The notes below the pieces were generated by a model, which was given only the letters and a program-made list of their open reading frames with translations, was not told where the DNA came from and did not search any database. A program made the translations under genes and the position numbers. This document shows, piece by piece, positions 26,784 to 34,633 of a stretch of DNA of 64,000 nt (position 1 is its first letter; every line of letters begins with the position of its first letter). The DNA lies in assembly GCA_040756135.1 (NCBI GenBank), contig JBFLZS010000004.1, positions 7,469 through 71,468 on the forward strand, in the 5' to 3' direction. Source of the DNA: Nitrospirota bacterium. GTDB taxonomy: Bacteria > Nitrospirota > Thermodesulfovibrionia > Thermodesulfovibrionales > SM23-35.

Positions 26784-26893
26784 AGACAAAGAGGGGCATT
26801 ACACACCCCTACACCCCTCTCAAGAGGGGATTATTCCTCCCTTTGGAAAAGGGAGGTTAGGAGGGATTTTATAAGAATTACGTACACATTATT
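26784..26893. mobile_element. MITE-like element family A, copy 4 (left end truncated at addA stop)
   Basis: ..CAAAGAGGGGCATTACACACCCCTACACCCCTCTCAAGAGGGGATTATTCCTCCCTTTGGAAAAGGGAGGTTAGGAGGGATTTTATAAG... The right end runs into the ATG of the next gene. Confidence 0.75.
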
Positions 26894-27790
26894 ATGAAAC
26901 CATTATTAATTGTTCATGGAGGTGCCGGATCCAAAAGACCCGGCAAGGAGGTTTTTAAAAAGCTTTCCGGCTCACTCTCATCAGGTTATAAAATATTGAG
27001 CAAGGGCGGGACTGCCATAGACGCAATCGTTGAATCAATAATGCTTCTCGAAGACTCAGGAATCTTTAACGCAGGTTCGGGAGGGAACCTGCAACTTGAT
27101 GGTGTCAGAAGACTCGACGCATCGCTTATGGAGGGTCGGTACTTTAAGGCCGGCTCGGTAATCGGCCTTGAGGGCATACGAAACCCGATCAAGGTAGCAA
27201 GGTTTATTATGGACCTGCCTCATGTGATATTCACGAATAAAGGTGCAAAAAGGATTGCAGATGCAATAAAAATTGAGTCCTTACCAGAACCGGATAAAGA
27301 GTCGTTAGAGTATCTGGAAAAGATAAAGAAAAGGGAACAAGCACTGACCGAAATCTATAAACAGTATTTCTCGACAGTCGGGGCGGTTGCCTTAGATACA
27401 CATGGAGATATTGCAGCAGGTGCGTCAACAGGCGGGATACCTGCAATGCTTCCCGGAAGGGTCGGCGACACCCCTGTCATAGGGTCAGGTATATATGCGG
27501 AAAACTCACTTGGTGCTGTATCTTGTACCGGCGTGGGAGAATATATAATAAGGCTTTCTCTTGCAAAAGAGATATGTATGAATCTTAAGACCATGACTCC
27601 TTATAAGGCATCAGTATTGTCACTAAAACGGCTTTCTAAAATAGGCGGCGAGGCAGGGATCATATTAATAAATAATAAAGGGCGATTCACAATAATGCAT
27701 ACAACTGAATATATGCCTTCAGGATATGCTGACAATCGGGGATTTGTAATCAAAGAAGGATTTGAGAAGACCTCCATTGCTCTCTTCTGA
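26894..27790 (+). CDS. isoaspartyl peptidase / L-asparaginase (Ntn hydrolase)
   Basis: 298 aa with LIVHGGAG, NAGSGG and the autoprocessing site STVGAVALD. Confidence 0.88.
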   Translation: MKPLLIVHGGAGSKRPGKEVFKKLSGSLSSGYKILSKGGTAIDAIVESIMLLEDSGIFNAGSGGNLQLDGVRRLDASLMEGRYFKAGSVIGLEGIRNPIKVARFIMDLPHVIFTNKGAKRIADAIKIESLPEPDKESLEYLEKIKKREQALTEIYKQYFSTVGAVALDTHGDIAAGASTGGIPAMLPGRVGDTPVIGSGIYAENSLGAVSCTGVGEYIIRLSLAKEICMNLKTMTPYKASVLSLKRLSKIGGEAGIILINNKGRFTIMHTTEYMPSGYADNRGFVIKEGFEKTSIALF

Positions 27791-27892
27791 TGATGTTGCT
27801 TGCGAAATACTTAGCATTACCATCAATCAATTCTCTTAAAGCGAAAGATAATTGTTCATCAAACAGACTTTTCTTATCAGGTCTCATAAAGT

Positions 27893-28003
27893 TTAACCCG
27901 GGTTATTTATGAAATCATCCCATGTCAGTATCCCGTCCCTCCAGAGTCTTTTTTCAAGTTTCTCACCGATGCCGTTTAGGACACTGAATGTATTTCTTAT
28001 CAT
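27893..28003 (-). pseudogene. decayed 5' fragment of a gene (N-terminus resembles RNase-H-fold exonuclease family, recall-based)
   Basis: A 36-codon ORF MIRNTFSVLNGIGEKLEKRLWRDGILTWDDFINNPG*. A second short frame from ATG 27887 (MRPDKKSLFDEQLSFALRELIDGNAKYFA..) runs into the asparaginase 3' end. Confidence 0.3.
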
Positions 28004-28282
28004 TTGCCCCTATTATACCTCTTTAGCATTTAAAAGGATAAGGCTTAAAGTGTGAGGTAACTATATCCTTACACTATTATCGCTGAGGGTTGCCGCTAAG
28101 TGCGGAGGGTACATTCAGCATGATAAGTAAGTATTCAGACCCTTGATGATCCCCTTTGTCATTTTTTTCTCCCTTTAAAGCTGAGAGAGCATATCAAACT
28201 ATATATATGGCATTTTCGATATTGACTAACAACAGCATTTAATGATAAGATTACACATATAATTACACATATGGAGGGATGA

Positions 28283-28594
28283 ATGAAAAGAACAAATATT
28301 ATGCTTACCGATGAACAACATAAGAAACTGAAATCCTATGCAAAGAAAGAAGGGAGAACCCTCGGAGAGCTTGTTAGGGAAGCTTTGGATAACACTTATA
28401 AAAAGAGAAATATTTTAGAACACAGGAAAAATATTGCTCTTGATGCCTATCAGGAAGGCCTTATCAGTCTTGGAAAGCTGTCTGAGATTTTAGGCTTAGA
28501 CATAGTTAGTGGGAGACTATATCTAAAAGAAAAGAATATTCCACTTAAAGTTCAGGATCTCCAAGAAATTGCCAAGGATGCAGTGAATGCCTGA
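28283..28594 (+). CDS. antitoxin, RHH N-terminus plus UPF0175-like C-terminus
   Basis: MKRTNIMLTDEQHKKLKSYAKKEGRTLGELVREAL (RHH) and ..GLISLGKLSEILGL... It overlaps the downstream PIN gene by 8 nt. Confidence 0.7.
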   Translation: MKRTNIMLTDEQHKKLKSYAKKEGRTLGELVREALDNTYKKRNILEHRKNIALDAYQEGLISLGKLSEILGLDIVSGRLYLKEKNIPLKVQDLQEIAKDAVNA

Positions 28595-29084
28595 TGTCAT
28601 TTTTGACAACTGTGTTCTCAGCAATTTTGCCTTATCAGAAGCCGTCCATATCATCAGGAGACTTTATGAAAACACTTCATTTGTAACTAATTTTGTCGTT
28701 GCAGAAAATATGAAAGGTATTATTAAAGGATACAATGAGCTTAATAAAATAAGGGAGGCAATAAGAGAAGACTGGCTTAAGGAGGTAACTCTGGAGGGTC
28801 AGGAGGAGAAGAAACTCTTTGAATCGCTATCGGTGTCTTTAGGGCTGGGTGAGGCATCAAGCCTTGCTGTTGCAAAGACAAGGGGTTTCATTTTTGCCTG
28901 TGACGATATGGTTGCAAGAAGAGAGGCACAATTGCTGAATATAAAACTCACTGGAACTTTAGGGATACTCATAAAAGCTGTAAAAAAGAGGCTTATTTAT
29001 CAAAAAGAGGCAGATAGGATATTAGCCCGGATGGTTGAAAACGGCTTTTATTCACCTATAAGGTCGTTAAAGGAAATACTATAA
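28587..29084 (+). CDS. PIN-like (DUF3368-type) toxin
   Basis: 165 aa with GLGEASSLAVAKTRGFIFACDDMVARREAQLLNIKLTGTLGILIKA, typical of the DUF3368 PIN family. Confidence 0.7.
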   Translation: MPDVIFDNCVLSNFALSEAVHIIRRLYENTSFVTNFVVAENMKGIIKGYNELNKIREAIREDWLKEVTLEGQEEKKLFESLSVSLGLGEASSLAVAKTRGFIFACDDMVARREAQLLNIKLTGTLGILIKAVKKRLIYQKEADRILARMVENGFYSPIRSLKEIL

Positions 29085-29171
29085 CCTTTCTTAGTTTATC
29101 CCCATCTCTGCTATAATTAGTGCATGAAACGTTCATGTCTTAAAAAGACGCAAAGGATAATGAAAATTAGT

Positions 29172-29217
29172 AATCCCCCTTATACCCCCCTTTAGAAAAG
29201 GGGGGCAAGGGGGGATT
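29172..29217. repeat. family P palindrome fused to a conserved leader (twin of 35640..35684)
   Basis: AATCCCCCTTATACCCCCCTTTAGAAAAGGGGGGCAAGGGGGGATT, followed by TGAGGTATTTTCAG and a start codon. Confidence 0.9.
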
Positions 29218-29231
29218 TGAGGTATTTTCAG

Positions 29232-29717
29232 GTGAAACATATTGACAGAATATGCGAAAAATACAATATAGCCCTATGTTATCTCTTTGGCTCTCAACAG
29301 GACCAAGGGAAGGCCATTCTGGAAGGTAAGCAGGTTGAAGTGGTAGACACAGAATCAGATATTGATTTTGCGGTTCTGTTTAAAACGCCTCCTGAAAATT
29401 CCCTTGAAACCTATGCCTTGTTGAGCCTTGACCTTCAAGAACTCGTAACACCTTTTAAAGCTGACCTCCTTTTTCTACATGAGGTTGACCATTTGATACA
29501 GCTTGAGGCAATTAAAGGGATAAACATATATTCCTTTGACAATGTATTTAGAGATGAATATGAAGAAAAGGTGATGATGTTCGCATCGGATGAATTAGAG
29601 ATATTTAAAATGAATGAGAAAGATCTGTTAGAGGCGATAGACAATGGTTATTTCGAATTTGAATACAAAGCTGATAGATATAGACAGCGGTCTACGATTC
29701 GTAGAGGAGAGGGTTAG
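29232..29717 (+). CDS. MNT-type nucleotidyltransferase-domain protein (no adjacent HEPN partner)
   Basis: LCYLFGSQ...ESDIDFAVLF (the GS..DxD NTase motif). GTG 29232 was chosen by analogy with glgA, and the C-terminal GEG* is supplied by a repeat. Confidence 0.65.
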   Translation: MKHIDRICEKYNIALCYLFGSQQDQGKAILEGKQVEVVDTESDIDFAVLFKTPPENSLETYALLSLDLQELVTPFKADLLFLHEVDHLIQLEAIKGINIYSFDNVFRDEYEEKVMMFASDELEIFKMNEKDLLEAIDNGYFEFEYKADRYRQRSTIRRGEG

Positions 29718-29743
29718 GGTGAGGGGGGATTGGTAAGAGGAAA

Positions 29744-29983
29744 ATGAGGAATATAAAAGTCAGTCCGGAAACCATAGCAATATTGCAGGTACAGTTGGAG
29801 TTATTCAGGAAGAAATTCGGCAGGGACCCGGGACCTGAAGATCCTGTATTTTTCGACCCTAATTGCGATGTGCCGACACCAATTTTAAAGACGCAGTTAA
29901 AAGAAAGCTTAAGAAAAGCCTGCGAAAAAACAGGCGTTGACTATAGCAAGGCGATTGAAATGTTCAAAATTGATGATGCATAG
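29744..29983 (+). CDS. hypothetical 79-aa protein
   Basis: Open frame with the AAGAGGAAAA RBS region. No family was recognised. Confidence 0.4.
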   Translation: MRNIKVSPETIAILQVQLELFRKKFGRDPGPEDPVFFDPNCDVPTPILKTQLKESLRKACEKTGVDYSKAIEMFKIDDA

Positions 29984-29994
29984 AGGGTGAATTT

Positions 29995-30153
29995 ATGTCA
30001 ACCTTTCAGATACTTCATATCTCTGACCTTCATATAAAAACAAAAGAAGATTTTGACAGGTCTGTCGTTCTCGATCCACTCATCAAAAGAGTTATAGAAG
30101 ACCTGAAATTAGACTTTAAGCCGGAAATAGTTATAGTAGAAAAGACCTGCTGA
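29995..30153 (+). pseudogene. truncated metallophosphoesterase N-terminal fragment
   Basis: MSTFQILHISDLHIKTKEDFDRS..PEIVIV then a premature stop. The expected GD/GNHD motifs are missing. Confidence 0.45.
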
Positions 30154-30248
30154 AAGGCATGAAGAATTATTACACTTTTATTAAAAAGAACTATCCTCAC
30201 TTAATTCAAATGGGATGAGAAAATCTTCATCAATGGCAATCAGTATGG

Positions 30249-31133
30249 TCACTCATATACATTAATATCTCCCAAAACCACCCCGTTAATTTCTCTCACA
30301 GATTTTATTGGTGATTTAAATGTTATGGAATTACCATCCATCTCAAGAAGGATCCCCAGTGCCATTGTATCTTTATTATGATTCAGCCCGATTAGTGTGC
30401 CCTCTTTAAAGCCTATCTCTTTATGCATGAGTGGTTTACCATTATGAAAGAGGTGAACATCGTCCAATAAGAACTCGGCAACCTTTTTCTCATCGAAATA
30501 CTCATTAAATCTATCTTTTCTATATCTAATGCGGGACTCTCTACTTCTTTGCTGTGCCATTTTAGATGCTTTAATGCGATGAATATCGAGACCCTCGATC
30601 ATTGATAGAAGGTGTTCAAGTTCGTTATGCCTTTGTATGGCAATGATATGTTCAGGCATTATGGCCTTTATCTTTCCGATCTTTAATGACTTTCCAGCCT
30701 CGCCGTTAATTAAGCCTGTTGTATCTACAAGTACAAGTTCAGATTCTGATCTGCCGATGTCAACTAATTTTTTTACTCCCTCTATCATCAATGGGATTTT
30801 TTTTGCAGGGTTTAATGAACCAATAAAGAATATCTTATCAGTGCTAAAGTCTTTAATGTCTTCTGCTGTTTTGAATATCTTCATATTAATTGTACCGGGT
30901 AATCCGAGAGATGATTGTCCAATATCGGAGTCAATAAGTGAGGCAGCTCTATTTTTCGATATAAACCTTTCTATTAGATATCTTGTCAGTGTGGATTTAC
31001 CTGAATTGGTTATGCCTAAGAGCAAAGCGGTGCCTCTGCGATTTACAAGTCCTTCTACTAGATCTTCCCATTCAGGCTCTGGTGTAATTTCTAACCTCTT
31101 GTAACCCTTTGGCTGCCCTTTACCTGATGACAT
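30249..31133 (-). CDS. Clp1/Grc3-family P-loop protein (putative polynucleotide 5'-hydroxyl kinase)
   Basis: 294 aa with Walker A GITNSGKSTL followed by LIDSDIGQSSL (the DxDxGQ Clp1 signature) and VLVDTTG. Confidence 0.55.
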   Translation of the reverse strand: MSSGKGQPKGYKRLEITPEPEWEDLVEGLVNRRGTALLLGITNSGKSTLTRYLIERFISKNRAASLIDSDIGQSSLGLPGTINMKIFKTAEDIKDFSTDKIFFIGSLNPAKKIPLMIEGVKKLVDIGRSESELVLVDTTGLINGEAGKSLKIGKIKAIMPEHIIAIQRHNELEHLLSMIEGLDIHRIKASKMAQQRSRESRIRYRKDRFNEYFDEKKVAEFLLDDVHLFHNGKPLMHKEIGFKEGTLIGLNHNKDTMALGILLEMDGNSITFKSPIKSVREINGVVLGDINVYE

Positions 31134-31183
31134 CGATTAAGTATATATATTAAACCTGTGTAATCAATACCAATTGAGCCTGC

Positions 31184-31948
31184 CTACTCCTTATCTACCT
31201 TTGAATAAGGGAGATTGAGTTTAATAACCTGATTCTTTTCTCCGAGTTTTTCGATCTCTTTCCCATCAAATATTAGCTTTACTCCCCCTGCATTGCCGAT
31301 CTTTAATGAGAAACCATTTTTTGCCTGAAATTTGACTGACTCTCCTGGCTTTAGCAATATATCTTTTGTACTGGTATTATCTATATTTACAGAAAACCAT
31401 GTGGTGTCAGTAGCAAAAACCTCAAGGATGTGAACCCCGCTCCACGGCTTTACACCCGTGGCTTCCTGTGGAGCGGGGTGAAATGTCTCAACAACAGTCG
31501 GGGATATTTCTGGTTTGGTCTCGGCAGAGGGCGGAGGTATTTCTTTTTTGGTTTCGGGAGCGAATAGAGGCATTACAGTTTTTTCTCGCGAGAAATGGAA
31601 AAGAATAAATATAACAGTTATTATCAGTATTAACAGTGCTGGAATTAGTACGTATCTGGTCTTTAGCTTTTTCTTATACACATCCTCATTTTTAGGCATT
31701 TCTTTATTTTCGGTTTGGGGAGGTGAAATCTGTTGAATATAAGCCTTTATGGCAATCTCCGGATCGATGTTCAGAATTTTAGAATATTCGCGAATGTAAC
31801 CCTTTACATAAACCTCCTCTGGAAGCCCTTCAAATTCTTCATCCTCAATCGCCTTGAGGATTTTGTATCTTATTTTCAGGGTCTTGGAAATTTCATAGAG
31901 ATCCTGACCTGATTCTTCACGTCTCTTCCTTAATATCTCCCCTACCAA
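31184..31948 (-). CDS. rodZ: RodZ-like cytoskeleton protein (XRE HTH, TM segment, DUF4115-like C-terminus)
   Basis: N-terminal HTH (LRKRREESGQDLYEISKTLKIRYKILKAIE), a single TM helix, a Pro-rich linker and a C-terminal beta domain. Confidence 0.7.
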   Translation of the reverse strand: MVGEILRKRREESGQDLYEISKTLKIRYKILKAIEDEEFEGLPEEVYVKGYIREYSKILNIDPEIAIKAYIQQISPPQTENKEMPKNEDVYKKKLKTRYVLIPALLILIITVIFILFHFSREKTVMPLFAPETKKEIPPPSAETKPEISPTVVETFHPAPQEATGVKPWSGVHILEVFATDTTWFSVNIDNTSTKDILLKPGESVKFQAKNGFSLKIGNAGGVKLIFDGKEIEKLGEKNQVIKLNLPYSKVDKE

Positions 31949-31987
31949 TTTATCTCCTTATCTAAAGGTATTTCTAACAATAAAATA

Positions 31988-32155
31988 GGTTCTTTCGTAA
32001 AATAGTTGAAAATCATAAATACTGGATTCCCGCCTGCGCGGGAATGACAAACTGCTTACAATTAAAAACGTCATTCCCCGACCCCCGATTACAACCTTCG
32101 AGGGCGGGCTTGATCGGGGAATCCAGAAGCCTTTTCAACTAAAATACGAAAGACA
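31988..32155. mobile_element. 168-bp MITE-like element, copy 2 (family C)
   Basis: Near-identical to 14767..14935 with only a handful of substitutions, in the same orientation. Confidence 0.8.
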
Positions 32156-32231
32156 ATAAGATAATAACATAATATATAAAGTCAATAAAGCGAAAGAGCA
32201 TTGTAGACTGCCTGTGTTATTATAGCTAACG

Positions 32232-33545
32232 ATGAAGCGGGTTGTTGTAACAGGCATCGGTGCAGTTAGTTCCCTTGGAAATTCATTTTATGAGTCCTGG
32301 AGGGCTGCAAAAACAGGATTATCAGGCATACTGCCAATAACAAGATTTGATGTCTCTGATATGAGATGGAAGGTCGCAGGTGAGTTAAAGGGATTTGATG
32401 CAGGGAAATATCTTTCTCAAAAAGAGATGATCCGAGTTGACCCGTTTGTGCATTATGCTGTTGCTGCAGCAATGATGGCAGTAGAGGATGCAGGACTGAT
32501 AGATCAGAAGTCAGAAGTCAGAAGTCAGAAGTCAAATCCCCCTCCACCCCCCTTTACTAAAGGGGGGGTAGGGGGGATTACTAACTCCGAACTCTTAAAC
32601 TCTGCTGGGGTTATTATCGGTTCAAGCCGTGGAGGGATCACAACAATAGAAAAAGAGCTGCAAAAATTATACGCATCACGTATCACGCATCATGCATCAC
32701 GCATTTCTGCCTATCTCATGCCATCAACAACGATCAGCATGGCTTCGTCTTATGTTGCCCAAAAACTTGGTATAAAGGGCCACTGTCTCGGTATATCCAA
32801 TTCATGTGCATCAGGCACAAGTGCGATAGGTGAAGCATATAGGCTGATCAGGTCAGGCTATCAAGGTATCGTGCTATGTGGTGGAGCCGAAGCCCCTTTA
32901 TGCAGGATATGTATTGAAGGATATGGTTCATCAGGTGCTTTATCCAAGGTCAACGATCCCTCTGCGAGCAGGCCGTTTGACAGGACGAGGGATGGATTTG
33001 TCCTTTCAGAAGGCGCGTGTATTTTTGTCCTGGAAGATTATGAGAGTGCATTGCGAAGAGGTATAAGGACGTACGGAGAGATTGTAGGCTATGGGAATAC
33101 AACAGATGCATTTCATCAAACCATACCGGCCTCTGAAGGTGAGGCAAGGGCAATAAAGATGGCAATAGATGAGGCAGGATTGAAGCCTGAAGATATTGAT
33201 TTTATCAATGCACATGGTACATCGACACCCCTTGGTGATAAAACCGAGACAGAGGCGATAAAGCTGTCATTTGGCAAGAGAGCCTATTATATCCCTGTAA
33301 GTTCTACTAAATCCATGACTGGTCATATGCTTGCTGCATCCGGAGCCCTTGAGGCAGCTTTTACCTTAATGAGTATGAATGAAGGGGTTATTCCACCAAC
33401 AATCAATCTGAAAGAGAAAGACCCTGAATGTGATCTTAATTATGTAACCGAAACAAAAAGGGCTGATATTAAATCTGCTATTTCTAATTCATTCGGCTTT
33501 GGTGGGGTGAATGCGGTGCTGGTTTTTAAAAGGATTGGCCTCTGA
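32232..33545 (+). CDS. fabF: 3-oxoacyl-ACP synthase II (FabF) carrying two repeat-derived insertions
   Basis: KAS fold with active-site context NSCASGTSAIG, HGTSTPLGD and GHMLAASG. The extra segments are at 32505..32579 and 32671..32705. Confidence 0.9.
   Translation: MKRVVVTGIGAVSSLGNSFYESWRAAKTGLSGILPITRFDVSDMRWKVAGELKGFDAGKYLSQKEMIRVDPFVHYAVAAAMMAVEDAGLIDQKSEVRSQKSNPPPPPFTKGGVGGITNSELLNSAGVIIGSSRGGITTIEKELQKLYASRITHHASRISAYLMPSTTISMASSYVAQKLGIKGHCLGISNSCASGTSAIGEAYRLIRSGYQGIVLCGGAEAPLCRICIEGYGSSGALSKVNDPSASRPFDRTRDGFVLSEGACIFVLEDYESALRRGIRTYGEIVGYGNTTDAFHQTIPASEGEARAIKMAIDEAGLKPEDIDFINAHGTSTPLGDKTETEAIKLSFGKRAYYIPVSSTKSMTGHMLAASGALEAAFTLMSMNEGVIPPTINLKEKDPECDLNYVTETKRADIKSAISNSFGFGGVNAVLVFKRIGL
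32505..32579. repeat. composite insert: 7-bp array (CAGAAGT x4) plus family P palindrome, in frame in fabF
   Basis: cagaagt x4 then AATCCCCCTCCACCCCCCTTTACTAAAGGGGGGGTAGGGGGGATT, translated as KSEVRSQKSNPPPPPFTKGGVGGI. By my count the span is 75 bp. Confidence 0.9.
32671..32705. repeat. 7-bp tandem array (ACGCATC-like x5) in frame in fabF
   Basis: acgcatc acgtatc acgcatc atgcatc acgcatt, translated as ASRITHHASRIS. Confidence 0.85.
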
Positions 33546-34503
33546 ATTCCCTCATTGCCTCGTCTTGCAGTGTTTCTATATCGTTTCTGTATTTGGGTGA
33601 GAAATGCATTACGATAAGATTTTTAACCCCTGCATCCCTCGCAATCCTTCCGGTGATCTTTGCCGTAAGGTGGAACCTTTGTAGTGCCCTGTCTCTATCC
33701 TTCTCCATAAAATATGTCTCACAATAGAATGTATCAGAGTCGCGTACAAATTCTGCAATCTTTTTAATATTTTCATCATTTATGGACACATCAGTCACAT
33801 AAGATATCTTCTGACCTTTTGTTATATTTGCTATCTTTTCTAACTCTTCAAATTTATATCTCCTGTTAGAGACCACTAACTCTGTATCTCCTGATCTACG
33901 CTCTCTGATAGCCTTTTTCAATTCTGACAACCAGGGTCCTACAGGAAGTCCCATTTCTCTTAAGACGACCTTATTAATATTGATGTGAAATTCTTCCTCG
34001 ATCGAGAAGGCAAGACACGGTACCTGATGGTCTAACTGTACAGCCTTTATCCTAAATAGAGGCTCCCTTAAAATAATCCCGCTGAATTCAGACGTGCTAT
34101 TGTCTACCCTCTTAAAGTAGTTTCCAGCATGAAAGCTTGATGCGATCATTTTATCTCCCCTTATACAGAAAACCTCTATCTTCAAGGGATATTCTTTTAT
34201 AAGGTTCCATGTGTAGCCTCTGAGTTTGCCTTCTACACACTCAGTAATATTTGAAGGCCCATATACCCTCAGAGGCGTTTCCCTCCTCAGGAGTGCCCTG
34301 AGAAGTGTATCAAATCCTATGAAGTGGTCTATATGTGTATGTGTCACAAAGACGTCTGTTATCTTTTGCAGATCGCCAGGTTTGAGTCTGTCAATACTAC
34401 CTGCATCGAATAAAAATGCCCTCCTTTCCCTTATCATCCTGACAAAGAGAGTTGGGTCTTCAAAAGGGCCATTTACAAGTCTATGAATAAATGTAGATTT
34501 CAT
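33526..34503 (-). CDS. MBL-fold metallo-hydrolase (RNase Z-like)
   Basis: 325 aa with VFVTHTHIDHFIG (HxHxDH). Its 3' end overlaps the fabF 3' end convergently by 20 nt. Confidence 0.7.
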   Translation of the reverse strand: MKSTFIHRLVNGPFEDPTLFVRMIRERRAFLFDAGSIDRLKPGDLQKITDVFVTHTHIDHFIGFDTLLRALLRRETPLRVYGPSNITECVEGKLRGYTWNLIKEYPLKIEVFCIRGDKMIASSFHAGNYFKRVDNSTSEFSGIILREPLFRIKAVQLDHQVPCLAFSIEEEFHININKVVLREMGLPVGPWLSELKKAIRERRSGDTELVVSNRRYKFEELEKIANITKGQKISYVTDVSINDENIKKIAEFVRDSDTFYCETYFMEKDRDRALQRFHLTAKITGRIARDAGVKNLIVMHFSPKYRNDIETLQDEAMREFRGQSF

Positions 34504-34558
34504 GAGTGATTATATACCAATATGATATAATAATACCAAGATTACCATGGAGTATAGG

Positions 34559-34618
34559 GCATAGAGCGAAGAGGATAGAGTTTCATACCTTTAGCTCTTT
34601 GCTCCATGCTCTTTGCTA
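34559..34618. repeat. inverted pair of short 7-bp-periodic arrays upstream of galT-like gene
   Basis: catagag cgaagag gatagag ... ctctttg ctccatg ctctttg ctat. The CTCTTTG unit recurs inside kdsB. Confidence 0.5.
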
Positions 34619-34633
34619 TAAAGTGGAGGAAAT

